From Alloprevotella tannerae (lineage in GTDB: Bacteria; Bacteroidota; Bacteroidia; Bacteroidales; Bacteroidaceae), in assembly GCF_015259125.1 (NCBI RefSeq), contig NZ_JABZGR010000005.1: a stretch of 64,000 bases of DNA. The stretch is one strand, 5' to 3'. Positions 50,144 to 60,411 of this stretch are shown here, in pieces. The notes below the pieces were generated by a model that saw nothing but the letters and a program-made list of their open reading frames with translations, was not told the origin of the DNA and searched no databases. A program made the position numbers and the translations under genes. Positions within the stretch are counted from its first letter, which is position 1; each line of letters starts with the position of its first letter.

Positions 50144-51328
50144 ATGCTTATGAATAATTTTGAGTTTTACAGTCCTACGGACTTCGTTTTTGGGAAAAAT
50201 ACAGAAGAGCAAACGGGCCTGCTTGTGAAACGCTTTGGCGGAAAGCGCTTGCTTGTCGTCTATGGGCAAGGTCACGCAGTTAAGAGTGGCTTGATGGATC
50301 GCGTAGAAAAAGCTTTGAAAGAGGCCGAACTTTACTATGTCTTATTGGGAGGCATTCAACCTAATCCTACTGACGAGGAAGTTTATAAAGGTATTGATTT
50401 AGGCCGGCAGCATAATGTGGATATGATCTTAGCCGTTGGCGGTGGTTCTGCCATAGATGCAGCCAAGGCAATGGCGGCCGGGATTCCGGACGATGGAGAT
50501 TTCTGGGATTTCTATGAAGGTACGCGCACTGTGGAGTCGGCTTTGCCGGTCGGTGTCGTGCTTACGATTCCCGCGGCAGGAAGTGAAGGCTCGGGAAACT
50601 CTGTTATTACGCAAGTTGCTTCCAATAAAAAGATCAGTCTACGCACTCCGCGAGCATTGCGTCCGAAGTTTTCAATCTTAAATCCGGAGTTGACCTATTC
50701 TTTACCGCCTTACCAAACGTCAGCGGGCGCTGTAGATATGATGGCACACATTATGGAGCGCTATTTTACCAATACGGAGCACACGGAGTTGACAGATAGA
50801 TTGTCGGAGTCAATATTGAAGACGGTTATAGAAGTTACACCGCAAGTTTTGGACAGACCTGAAGATTACGATGCCCGTGCCACACTCATGTGGTGCGGAA
50901 CTCTGGCTCACACGGGTCTTTGTGGGACGGGCAATGTGGAAGATTGGTCATCGCACGCTTTAGAACACGAGTTGTCTGCATTTTATGGTGTCACTCACGG
51001 TGCCGGTTTGGCTGTGATTTTCCCTGCTTGGCTTACATTTATGGTGGAGCACAATCCAAAGAAGGTTATAAAATGGGCGCATTGTGTGTGGGATGTAAAT
51101 CCTTCAGGCAATGATAAGGAAGATGCACTCGAAGGTATAAGCCGCTTTAAGAAGTTCTTACATCGGATTGGTATGCCTACGACCATTAAGGAACTGGGTA
51201 TAGACAATTATGATATAGATATGCTTAACGAACATCTACATGTGATTAAAGGAGAAAAGGTTGGCAACTATGTTCCTTTAGATCATAAGATGTCTAAAGA
51301 AATTTATGAAATAGCTCAGCACGAATAG
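50144..51328 (+). CDS. Iron-containing alcohol dehydrogenase (butanol dehydrogenase-like)
   Basis: GGGSAIDAAKA motif. Conserved metal-binding His pairs. Confidence 0.8.
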   Translation: MLMNNFEFYSPTDFVFGKNTEEQTGLLVKRFGGKRLLVVYGQGHAVKSGLMDRVEKALKEAELYYVLLGGIQPNPTDEEVYKGIDLGRQHNVDMILAVGGGSAIDAAKAMAAGIPDDGDFWDFYEGTRTVESALPVGVVLTIPAAGSEGSGNSVITQVASNKKISLRTPRALRPKFSILNPELTYSLPPYQTSAGAVDMMAHIMERYFTNTEHTELTDRLSESILKTVIEVTPQVLDRPEDYDARATLMWCGTLAHTGLCGTGNVEDWSSHALEHELSAFYGVTHGAGLAVIFPAWLTFMVEHNPKKVIKWAHCVWDVNPSGNDKEDALEGISRFKKFLHRIGMPTTIKELGIDNYDIDMLNEHLHVIKGEKVGNYVPLDHKMSKEIYEIAQHE

Positions 51329-51469
51329 AGGATAGAATAGGCCGATAACAAACGGATGAAAGTTAGCTTTTACTCTCTTCGTATTTGTCTTTGTAAGGCT
51401 ATTGTAAGTAACTACTCAAAAGGTCTGCGTTTCTCTTGGAATGCGGGCCTACTATTCTAAAAGAACAAT

Positions 51470-52165
51470 ATGAAAATTATGAAACGAATTCTATTTTGTT
51501 TGGTGTTTCTTTTGAGCGGATTGACGCTTTGCGCACAGGAAATATACGAATTTACAGTGACCAATGCCGATGGTAAGTCAGTGGCGCTGTCCAACTATCG
51601 CGGCAAAGTTTTGCTCATAGTTAATACGGCTACGCGTTGTGGTTTCACTCCACAATACAAAGAGTTAGAAGCGCTCTATGAGCAATATGCGGCGCAAGGA
51701 CTGGAAATTCTGGATTTTCCTTGCAATCAATTCGGGCAACAGGCGCCTGGTACAGCCGCAGAGATTCGACAATTTTGTTCGACCAACTTTGATGTGCGTT
51801 TCCCTCAGTTTGATAAAATCGATGTAAATGGGCCTACAGCTGCTCCGCTCTTTACTTATTTGAAGGAGCAAAAGGGGTTTGCCGGATTCGACTTGAAAGA
51901 AAAAGCCGGCCAAGTGCTTGATAGGGTGTTGCGCAAACAAGACGCTGACTATGACAAGAAATCGGACATCAAATGGAACTTTACAAAGTTTCTTATATCG
52001 CGTGACGGAGACGTATTACGTCGCTATGAGCCAACAGAACCCATTAGCAACATAGAAAAGGACGTAAAGCAACAACTGGCATCTGTTTCCAAAGAGCAGA
52101 AAACCGACTGTGGGCAGAGTTGTAAAGAAAAAACGACTCGTTCTATTGCTCGTACTAAGAAATGA
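51470..52165 (+). CDS. Glutathione peroxidase (Cys-type), secreted
   Basis: NTATRCGFTPQY active-site region, FPCNQFG and WNFTKFL motifs. Signal peptide. Cys-containing C-terminal extension. Confidence 0.8.
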   Translation: MKIMKRILFCLVFLLSGLTLCAQEIYEFTVTNADGKSVALSNYRGKVLLIVNTATRCGFTPQYKELEALYEQYAAQGLEILDFPCNQFGQQAPGTAAEIRQFCSTNFDVRFPQFDKIDVNGPTAAPLFTYLKEQKGFAGFDLKEKAGQVLDRVLRKQDADYDKKSDIKWNFTKFLISRDGDVLRRYEPTEPISNIEKDVKQQLASVSKEQKTDCGQSCKEKTTRSIARTKK

Positions 52166-52588
52166 TATGACATTTCAGTTTGCCAGGTAAAGGCTGGTAG
52201 CCAAGATTGCCAATTATGTATTAAATAGTAATAGCTTTTTAAGGCTGACGATCTTAGTCAAACGCCACTGCATTAAGCATGTTGTGGCGTTCTTTCTTTG
52301 GGGGAAGATACCGGTCTTAATATGTTGGTATATAAAGATATTAAATGAGAGCTAATTGTCTTTTTATTTGATTAGAATCGTGGGAAATAGTATTGCTGTT
52401 TTCCATGTAGAGGAGGTGTTTCGCAAGTTTGAGGGTTGCTAAGTTTTGGAATAGAAAGCGACAGTTTTGAAGAGATTTGAAAGGGTGCTTAACGGGGGCG
52501 GATTATTTCTATAAATGAAATATTCCTTGCGCATAAAACAGAAAATCCTCTGCTGGGATTATGATTGTAGCATCAACTGTTATCACTT

Positions 52589-52650
52589 CCTTTCGTGAAG
52601 AAAAGCACGTACCATCGTGATGGTACGACAATTCTTTCGTGATGATACGA
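52589..52650. repeat. Dispersed near-palindromic intergenic repeat, copy E
   Basis: cctttcgtgaag...cacgtaccatcgtgatggtacg...ctttcgtgatgatacg. Confidence 0.7.
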
Positions 52651-52932
52651 CTCAAAATTAAGTCGCGGTTGGGCATTTATGAGGTTATATTGTGAAAAAA
52701 TAAGCGATGCGATGAAGAAAATAAGCCGTAAGCCGAAGACGTTTTGCGGGTAGCTTTCATTGTGCAGTCGTTGTGTTTACGATTTGAAAATTAAATGTGA
52801 AATACGGCCGGGTGAGATGTCAAGTATGGCTATATTAAGAAGGATAAGGGGAGATAAGAATATGGCTTCTCGAGATCAGCAAGCCTCAGATGGATAAGCG
52901 CCGATGATTGCTAAGAAAGACTTAGCGCAGAA

Positions 52933-54078
52933 CTATTTGCCGAAATAAAAACCCGCGTAGGTATTGATGAAATTCACAGAGTTGATGGCCGTAAAACCTT
53001 TACGCCGATAGTCGTACAGCTGGCTAATATAGGAGATTCCGACGAATCCTCGTCCTGTATTCCAAACAAGGCCTACGCGACCTACGAATCCGAGATTCAG
53101 ATTTGCGGCCTGCGCATCCGGTTTTGTACCTGCGACCTTTCTTCCTCTTTCAAGACTCAGGCCGATAGTGGGCGTAAAGGAGCCGGCCAACAGACAATTG
53201 CGTGCAAAAGCCCAATTGTAGGCATAGCCGGCACTTATACTGTAATTGCTATATGTGCGGTTGGCTATTTTTAACTGTTCGAAGAGGGGCGTTTGCTGCG
53301 TAAGCGTTGGGGGGAGCTTAGTATAATCGAATTCCAACTTTTGATGATCATAGCGAAAGCCAAAGAGTAGTGTGCCTGCACTTTTGCGCTGGATTGTACT
53401 TTGATTATAGGCGGCTGGATAAGAGAACTTCTTGTGATTGAAAATGCAATATAGGTTGACGCTGATCAAATACATTTGCAATCCATCGAAGTTTTTGTTG
53501 TGAAAAGTTCCGGGAGAGACGCCTTGAAAGCCTACCGTGCGTTGCAATTGGAAGTCGCCCTTATTTTTTAAATAAACGAAATCCCCTCCGACTAGATTAC
53601 TATATAAACTAAGGCTGAACTCTGTATTTTTTCCTGCCTTTTGTATGCGGCCAATATCAATAGTGTAGCCTAAAAAAAGCCAACGCCAACCTAGAAAAGG
53701 ACCAATCTTGAAAGACGGACGAGGGAAGAAAGTGAGTGATTGTCGCTCTTTGTTCTTCTCCTTCGCACTGAATGATACAAAATGTAAAAAGTTGGTGTTC
53801 TGTATCATTGCCGTCCAAGTGTAGTTGTTAGGTTGTATATAAGTAGTGTCAATCGTATTCAGTTGGGTGATGATTTGCTTGAGTCGTTGACCAAAGTTTT
53901 TTTTCTCTACGTGTATGGTCGTATCTGCGACAACAGTCGTTTGCTGCTCTTGAGTCGTTTGAGCCACGCATAAAAAGGGAAGGCTCAAACCGAAAAGTAG
54001 ATAGATTGTTTTTTTGCAGGGATTGGGGATACTGAAGCGCAGCCGTCCAAGCATAGAGAAAAGAGAGGCAATTGACAT
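52933..54078 (-). CDS. Hypothetical outer-membrane protein
   Basis: 381 aa. Hydrophobic N-terminus. Alternating beta-strand-like composition. No specific family recognised. Confidence 0.35.
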   Translation of the reverse strand: MSIASLFSMLGRLRFSIPNPCKKTIYLLFGLSLPFLCVAQTTQEQQTTVVADTTIHVEKKNFGQRLKQIITQLNTIDTTYIQPNNYTWTAMIQNTNFLHFVSFSAKEKNKERQSLTFFPRPSFKIGPFLGWRWLFLGYTIDIGRIQKAGKNTEFSLSLYSNLVGGDFVYLKNKGDFQLQRTVGFQGVSPGTFHNKNFDGLQMYLISVNLYCIFNHKKFSYPAAYNQSTIQRKSAGTLLFGFRYDHQKLEFDYTKLPPTLTQQTPLFEQLKIANRTYSNYSISAGYAYNWAFARNCLLAGSFTPTIGLSLERGRKVAGTKPDAQAANLNLGFVGRVGLVWNTGRGFVGISYISQLYDYRRKGFTAINSVNFINTYAGFYFGK

Positions 54079-54084
54079 ATACTG

Positions 54085-55068
54085 TTAAATTTTACCTAAA
54101 ATCCGATCCATTACCCAATTGACCGGAGTGGCCGAGATACTATCGCAATTGCATACATTTTCTCCGCGTAGGTGGTCTACGATTGATTGAATCAGCGGTA
54201 ACTGAACGTGGCGTGGATTTGCTTCATTAAATTCTTGTCGGCCTTGGCTGTTTTGTAAGATGATAGGTTCGTATGTAAAGACAGAAAACTTAAGTTTTCC
54301 TTTGTCGCCGGTAATTTCAATGCTGTCTTCTCTTGCGGATTCGTGGGCGACAAAACACCAACTGCCGGAACCCGGAAGCCCTCCATTAAATTGGAAACAA
54401 GCACTAAGCGTATCTTCGGGCTGGTAATAGCCACCACGATTGGACGTGTAACCTGTGGCCTCAATAATGGGGCCAAACATTTCTTGAATTAAATCAATCT
54501 GGTGTGGCGCTAAATCATAAAAATAGCCGCCTCCTGCAATATTGGCTTGTACTCGCCAAGGCTGATCTTTTCGTGAATGATCTAAATCGCTGGAGGGAAC
54601 AGCAAATCTGATTTGTACGTTCATCACGCGGCCTATTGAGCCGGAGTTGATCAGTTGTTTGACGCGCTGAAAATAGGGTAAGTAGCGCCGATAATAGGCT
54701 ACAAAGCAGGGAATACCGGTTTTCTCAACTATCCTGTTGACACGACAACAATCTTCATAATTGGAGGCTAAAGGTTTCTCGACATAGACGGGTTTTCCAG
54801 CCTTTAAAGCCATAATAGCGTAGGTGGCGTGGGTGGAAGGTGGGGTAGCAATGTAGACAGCATTGACATCCGGATCGTCTATCAGGATTTGCGGATCATT
54901 ATACCATTTCTTTATGCCATGATTTTGGGCATAAGCGCTTGCTTTAGCAAGATTGCGGCTCATAATGGCCACAACTTCTGAATGGGAAGCTTCTGTAAAT
55001 GCCGGGCCACTCTTCTTTTCTGTGGCTTCTCCACAACCAATAAAGCCCCATTTTACCTCATCTATCAT
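54085..55068 (-). CDS. Gfo/Idh/MocA-family oxidoreductase
   Basis: N-terminal Rossmann WGFIGCGEATEKK. 327 aa. Confidence 0.75.
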   Translation of the reverse strand: MIDEVKWGFIGCGEATEKKSGPAFTEASHSEVVAIMSRNLAKASAYAQNHGIKKWYNDPQILIDDPDVNAVYIATPPSTHATYAIMALKAGKPVYVEKPLASNYEDCCRVNRIVEKTGIPCFVAYYRRYLPYFQRVKQLINSGSIGRVMNVQIRFAVPSSDLDHSRKDQPWRVQANIAGGGYFYDLAPHQIDLIQEMFGPIIEATGYTSNRGGYYQPEDTLSACFQFNGGLPGSGSWCFVAHESAREDSIEITGDKGKLKFSVFTYEPIILQNSQGRQEFNEANPRHVQLPLIQSIVDHLRGENVCNCDSISATPVNWVMDRILGKI

Positions 55069-55239
55069 GTGTCGCCTTATTTAGATGAGCAAAGTTAGTA
55101 TTGTTAGTTTTTGTATCCAAAATAAAGGTGAAGAAATCAATACTTGCCGGCGCTTTTATCGTATTAAAATCTGCTGATAATCTCTTGTGTTGATGCGAAA
55201 TAAAGGCCTGGATTTAGAAAAATGAAAATGTTTCAGGAG

Positions 55240-55848
55240 TTATAATAGGTCTAAGTCTTCAAACATGACCTTGTATTTTTCTGCTTTCTTTTCTAATTTG
55301 AGGGGATAAGCACGACTACTACTGGGCATACGGTATAAGCGAAGCTCTTTGCCTGCGTATTGAAACGTTTCATAAGTGCCGACTACAGGTTCTTTGATGT
55401 TAAATGCTTGTAGTAGCGTATCTGTAGCTTTTTGTCCGGTAGTGACGACGGCCTTTAGTTGTGGAAGTTGATCAAATAATGCAGGCAGGTCTGTTGGAGT
55501 AATGACTTCTAAGAATTTGTCTGAAGCATTATCTTTTAATCGTCTGACTTCAATAGCTGTGTCAAATATAGCAATGCCTTTTGCTTTTAAGAAGGGGATC
55601 AACAAATCTAACTTAAATGTCTTATGTTCTTTATCAACAAAGGCGTCTTTGTCGCCTTTAAAAAGTAACCCATATATACGCCACATATCATTGATGTAAT
55701 TGGGGTAGAAGAAGTGCATAGACCATCTCTTAGTTTGAGGTGGGAAACTACCTAACATCAATAGTTTGGCATTTGCAGGAAGAAAAGGTGTAAGAGGGTG
55801 TTGTTCTATCATTTTATTGTGCCTCCGGCAATCCAATGTTTTCGCCAA
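55240..55848 (-). CDS. UDG-superfamily DNA glycosylase (DNA-deoxyinosine/hypoxanthine glycosylase-like). The true start is probably the internal Met at 55809.
   Basis: LLMLGSFPP...FYPNYINDMWRIYG resembles UDG family motif A. Size about 190 aa. Confidence 0.45.
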   Translation of the reverse strand: MAKTLDCRRHNKMIEQHPLTPFLPANAKLLMLGSFPPQTKRWSMHFFYPNYINDMWRIYGLLFKGDKDAFVDKEHKTFKLDLLIPFLKAKGIAIFDTAIEVRRLKDNASDKFLEVITPTDLPALFDQLPQLKAVVTTGQKATDTLLQAFNIKEPVVGTYETFQYAGKELRLYRMPSSSRAYPLKLEKKAEKYKVMFEDLDLL

Positions 55849-56339
55849 TAATCCTTGTTGAGATCATCTATTACTACGCCTTTGCTGCTACTTGCGTGAA
55901 TGAACTTTGATCCTTTCAAAAAAATTCCGACGTGATCAATACGAGAAGGATCATAGGAAGAGGAGAAAAAAACGAGATCTCCTTGTTTGAGCGCTTCTGG
56001 GCTACGGGGATGTCCTAAATCTTTTTCGAATTGTTCTTTGCTGATTCTATGTAGTTGCACACCATATACATTATTATATATAGCACACGTAAGGCCGGAG
56101 CAATCTACACCAAGTTTGGAGGAACCGCCAAAAGTGTAGGGCGTACCAAGCCAAGAGGCGGCTTCTATAAATAATCGGTGATCGTCTGTGCGCTCAATTT
56201 CAAAACCTATACGATCTGCAGTACGTACTAAGGTTTTAAAATCGTAATTTAATGATTTATGAGAAGAGCAAGAGAAAAGTAGGAATAGGATAGAAAATCC
56301 TAAACCTAAGTGTACTTTTCTCTTGCTATAGAGACTCAT
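55809..56339 (-). CDS. C40 (NlpC/P60) family peptidase, secreted
   Basis: Catalytic Cys in DCSGLTCAIY. Downstream IDHVGIF (His). Signal peptide. Confidence 0.8.
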   Translation of the reverse strand: MSLYSKRKVHLGLGFSILFLLFSCSSHKSLNYDFKTLVRTADRIGFEIERTDDHRLFIEAASWLGTPYTFGGSSKLGVDCSGLTCAIYNNVYGVQLHRISKEQFEKDLGHPRSPEALKQGDLVFFSSSYDPSRIDHVGIFLKGSKFIHASSSKGVVIDDLNKDYWRKHWIAGGTIK

Positions 56340-57277
56340 TACAAGTTGTTCTCTGCTAAATATCGATTAGCTTCAAGGGCTGCTTTGCAACCACTACCTG
56401 CTGCAGTGATGGCTTGTCGGTAATGAGGGTCTGCAATATCTCCGGCTGCATAGACGCCTGGTACGCCTGTTCTAGGTGTTTGACCCTCTGTGATAATATA
56501 GCCATTTTCGTCTGTTTTTACCCAAGGCTTGAAGAGTTCGCTATTCGGCTTGTGTCCGATAGCTGAGAAAAATCCATCAATTGGAAGGTCGTATTGCTTT
56601 TCATCAGCTTCTCCACGGCGATATACTAAATGTGCTCCGGAAACTCCGTCTTCTCCAAATAGGCCAATCGCGTTTGTCTCAAAAAGTATCTCAATCTTGG
56701 GATTTTCCATTACACGATCTTGCATAGCTTTGCTGGCACGTAAGAATGGTTTGCGGACAATTAAATATACTTTCTCTGCAAGGCTGGATAGGTAGGTTGC
56801 CTCTTCACAAGCAGTGTCGCCTCCGCCAACAACAGCAACAATTTTCTTACGATAGAAGAAACCATCGCAGATAGCACAAGCACTAACTCCTTTTCCTATG
56901 TATTTTTCCTCATCGGCAAGACCTAAATATTTAGCTGTAGCACCAGTAGCGATGATCAATGTATGACAAAGAACTTGGCTTCCATCGTCAAACGTTACTT
57001 CATAGGGCCTTTTTTCTAAATTGACTTTAGTTGCCGCATGTGCGCGAATTTCCGTGCCAAAACGCTCTGCTTGGCGACGCAAATCATCTAAGAGTTGATT
57101 GGCATCTACTCCTTCCGGATAGCCGGGGAAGTTTTCAATTTCTGTTGTGGTGGTTAATTGCCCTCCAGGTTGCATTCCTTCATAAAGAATTGGGGAGAGA
57201 CCGGCTCTTCCTGCATAGAGGCCGGCAGTGTAACCTGCTGGGCCTGAGCCTAAGATTAAACAACGTACTGTTTCCAT
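56339..57277 (-). CDS. trxB: Thioredoxin-disulfide reductase
   Basis: GSGPAGYTAG FAD motif. Redox-active CAICDG. NADPH site GGGDTACEEA. Confidence 0.9.
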   Translation of the reverse strand: METVRCLILGSGPAGYTAGLYAGRAGLSPILYEGMQPGGQLTTTTEIENFPGYPEGVDANQLLDDLRRQAERFGTEIRAHAATKVNLEKRPYEVTFDDGSQVLCHTLIIATGATAKYLGLADEEKYIGKGVSACAICDGFFYRKKIVAVVGGGDTACEEATYLSSLAEKVYLIVRKPFLRASKAMQDRVMENPKIEILFETNAIGLFGEDGVSGAHLVYRRGEADEKQYDLPIDGFFSAIGHKPNSELFKPWVKTDENGYIITEGQTPRTGVPGVYAAGDIADPHYRQAITAAGSGCKAALEANRYLAENNL

Positions 57278-57282
57278 AATTT

Positions 57283-57909
57283 TTATCTTAAATCAATAAT
57301 TTCGATGTTAGGGAAGTCTTTTGGGTTAAAACGAAATGCAGAATTGCTCACTTGCTGATTAGGCTTGAACTCAGTTATTGCAAATCGAATCCAATTTCCT
57401 TGTTTATTTTTAATGCGAATGTTGAGCGGGGTATAGTTGGCATCAACTATCACTAGTAACCTCTGAATCTGATTACCTTTGTTTTGTGCTTGTAGGGCAA
57501 CTTCCTTGCAAGGCTTTCCAGCATATTTCGTATCTTTAATACTTGTATTGTAATCCTTTTTATAAAGGTTGATGAAGGTATAGGGATTCATCACTGCTGC
57601 TTCTGAAACAGACGGAGTAGATACATTGACTTCATTATTTCCGGCAACTAAACTCCATTCTGTTTTACCGTCATACCATACGGAAACTTCCCGAGAGGTC
57701 AGTTTGTACTTATTTCCTTTAAGCAGTATTGTACCATTTGTGTTGCCACTGGGTTTTAATCCGTTGTAGAATGTCGTAGTAAAGCTAACTTTGAGGCTTC
57801 CACTATTTGCAATCTTAGCCGCCGTTTTATCTAATACCTCTTTTGCACTTTGTGAAAAAAGTGAGGAAAAACATATAACGGCAATAAAGAGAGTGATTAT
57901 TCTTTTCAT
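57283..57909 (-). CDS. LolA-like outer-membrane lipoprotein carrier protein
   Basis: 208 aa. Signal peptide. Size and composition are typical of Bacteroidota LolA-like proteins. Confidence 0.45.
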   Translation of the reverse strand: MKRIITLFIAVICFSSLFSQSAKEVLDKTAAKIANSGSLKVSFTTTFYNGLKPSGNTNGTILLKGNKYKLTSREVSVWYDGKTEWSLVAGNNEVNVSTPSVSEAAVMNPYTFINLYKKDYNTSIKDTKYAGKPCKEVALQAQNKGNQIQRLLVIVDANYTPLNIRIKNKQGNWIRFAITEFKPNQQVSNSAFRFNPKDFPNIEIIDLR

Positions 57910-57942
57910 ATTATGCTTGTTTTTATCTGTTATCAGGGCTTT

Positions 57943-60411
57943 TTAATGTCGGATATCATTTAATAGGGCTTCTAAATTCGTGTCGTCTGTCACTAGCACC
58001 TCGCGAGGCTTTGCCCCTCTTGAAGGGCCAACGATACCAAAGTGTTCAAGTTGATCCATCAAACGTCCTGCTCGATTAAAGCCAATGGAGAACTTGCGTT
58101 GGATCAAGGACGTTGAGCCTTGCTGGTGAATCACTATAAGGCGAGCCGCATCTTCAAACATCGGATCAAGACTGTTTTTATCTATTTGTCCGATGGCATT
58201 ACCGACTTCTTCCTCGGATTCAACTTCTGGCAGTTCAAAAGCCGTAAGATATGCTTGCTGTTTGCAAATAAAATCGTTGATGCGTTCAACCTCAGGCGTA
58301 TCAACAAATGCACATTGAACGCGGACTGGTTCATTTCCATGTAAGAAAAGCATATCTCCTCGCCCGATTAGTTGATTGGCGCCAGTTCGGTCAAGAATTG
58401 TTCTACTATCAATGACAGACATAACTTTAAAGGCCATACGTGCAGGGAAGTTGGCTTTGATTGTACCTGTAATGATGTTTGTTGTTGGACGTTGGGTCGC
58501 TATAACCATATGCATTCCTACGGCACGGGCTAATTGGGCAATACGGGCAATAGGCAATTCTACCTCTTTTCCTGCAGTCATGATTAAGTCTCCAAACTCA
58601 TCTATTATCACAACGATATAAGGCATAAATTCATGCCCTTCCTTTGGATTCAGTTTTCTTGCTTTGAACTTGGCGTTATACTCCTTTATGTTCCTTACGT
58701 GGGCTAATCTCAGAAGATCATAACGATGGTCCATGACTTGGCAAAGACTTTTGAGCGTTTGGACAACTTTTGTTACATCTGTTATAATTGGCTCTACTGT
58801 TGTTGGTATCTTTGCTAAGAAATGACGTTCAATAGGGGTATAAACGCTAAACTCCACTTTTTTTGGATCAACCATCACTAACTTCAACTCTGCTGGATGC
58901 TTTTTATAGAGTAAAGATGTGATGATAGCATTTAAACCTACTGACTTTCCTTGTCCGGTCGCACCTGCAACTAACAAGTGAGGCATTTTGGCTAAATCTA
59001 CCATAAATACTTCGTTCGTGATCGTCTTTCCTAAGGCTATAGGTAAATCAGCTTTTGTTTCTTGGAAACGCTTTGAGTTAAGTATACTCTCCATCGAAAC
59101 AATTTTAGCTGTTTTGTTTGGTACTTCTATACCAATCGTCCCTTTTCCAGGTATGGGTGCAATGATACGTATGCCGAGGGCTGATAAGCTCAAGGCAATA
59201 TCATCTTCTAAATTTCGAATCTTATTGATACGTACTCCGGGAGCTGGCGTTACTTCATACAAGGTGATTGTTGGCCCTATGGTTGCGGTTATCGCAGAAA
59301 TGTCTACGCCAAAACTCTTGAGGACATTGATAATTCTATTTTTGTTCCCCTGTTGTTCATCCATATCTATCTTGGGCCCATTATCTGAGTAGACTTTTAG
59401 TAGATCCAATGTGGGGAATTTATAATTTTCAAGATCTTTTCGTGGGTCAAATGGCTCTTGTTGTAAAACTTCTTCTACCGTTTTTTGTGTAGCTTTTTCT
59501 TCTTCTTGTTTATCTACAATGACGAGGTCTGTTTCTCTGGATGAGGCTTTTGATAGATTTACTTCATCTTTAGTTTGATTTGCAGTTATGATAGGTATTT
59601 CTTCTGTAAGATTAATGACAGTGCCTGTTTCTGAGTCTTGAGGTACTACCTCCTCTTCTTCATCTTCAAATTCCTCTATTTCTGTTTTATATGCAGTGTA
59701 CGGTTTGGCTCCGTCATTTAATTCATTTTTTACATTGTCTGAGTCTGTATTTTCCGGAACAGCTTCTGATGCTACTTTATTTAATAGATGTTTAGGGTGC
59801 ATTAGGTTACGAAATACAACAATAGTTTCATCAGTTAGATAAACTAAATAAAGAAGTCCTAATGCAATCATCAGGATAATGGCTCCAGTGAGTCCAATAA
59901 CATCACAAAGGTAATTGTTTATGTAAATCCCATGTCCTCCTCCCCAATCAAAAGGAAACATCTGTATCCATTTTTGAGGAAAGAAATTTGCTTGTGATAT
60001 GCTTAAGACGATAGACCCCCAAACCAAGAGTATAACACAATTGAGGAACCATTTCCAAAGTCTTATTTTGTATGTGCGCATGAGTTTCATGCTCAGCCCC
60101 AATAAGAATATTGGTATGAAGAAAGAGCACAAGCCGAAACAATTCTGAAGGAAATAATAAGCCGTGTATCCACCGAGACGCCCACCATAATTGGCCGCCT
60201 TAAAGGTCTCTTGTGCTTCTATGTGGGCTTGATCTCTATAGCCGTTTACTAAATAAGACGAGAAAGAGAGCAATAGAAACAAAGCGACAATGAGAATAAC
60301 AACGCCAAAGATGAAGCGAAGCGTATCTCCACGCAACATATCGCTCCATCCGCCTTCTGGCCTTATAACTTGCCGAAATGATTTCTTTTTAGCTCGCTTA
60401 GTTTTTACCAT
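57943..60411 (-). CDS. ftsK: DNA translocase FtsK/SpoIIIE
   Basis: N-terminal TM segments. Walker A GATGQGKS. C-terminal gamma (winged-helix) domain. The start is probably at MVKTKRAKKK (60411) rather than 60456. Confidence 0.9.
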   Translation of the reverse strand: MVKTKRAKKKSFRQVIRPEGGWSDMLRGDTLRFIFGVVILIVALFLLLSFSSYLVNGYRDQAHIEAQETFKAANYGGRLGGYTAYYFLQNCFGLCSFFIPIFLLGLSMKLMRTYKIRLWKWFLNCVILLVWGSIVLSISQANFFPQKWIQMFPFDWGGGHGIYINNYLCDVIGLTGAIILMIALGLLYLVYLTDETIVVFRNLMHPKHLLNKVASEAVPENTDSDNVKNELNDGAKPYTAYKTEIEEFEDEEEEVVPQDSETGTVINLTEEIPIITANQTKDEVNLSKASSRETDLVIVDKQEEEKATQKTVEEVLQQEPFDPRKDLENYKFPTLDLLKVYSDNGPKIDMDEQQGNKNRIINVLKSFGVDISAITATIGPTITLYEVTPAPGVRINKIRNLEDDIALSLSALGIRIIAPIPGKGTIGIEVPNKTAKIVSMESILNSKRFQETKADLPIALGKTITNEVFMVDLAKMPHLLVAGATGQGKSVGLNAIITSLLYKKHPAELKLVMVDPKKVEFSVYTPIERHFLAKIPTTVEPIITDVTKVVQTLKSLCQVMDHRYDLLRLAHVRNIKEYNAKFKARKLNPKEGHEFMPYIVVIIDEFGDLIMTAGKEVELPIARIAQLARAVGMHMVIATQRPTTNIITGTIKANFPARMAFKVMSVIDSRTILDRTGANQLIGRGDMLFLHGNEPVRVQCAFVDTPEVERINDFICKQQAYLTAFELPEVESEEEVGNAIGQIDKNSLDPMFEDAARLIVIHQQGSTSLIQRKFSIGFNRAGRLMDQLEHFGIVGPSRGAKPREVLVTDDTNLEALLNDIRH

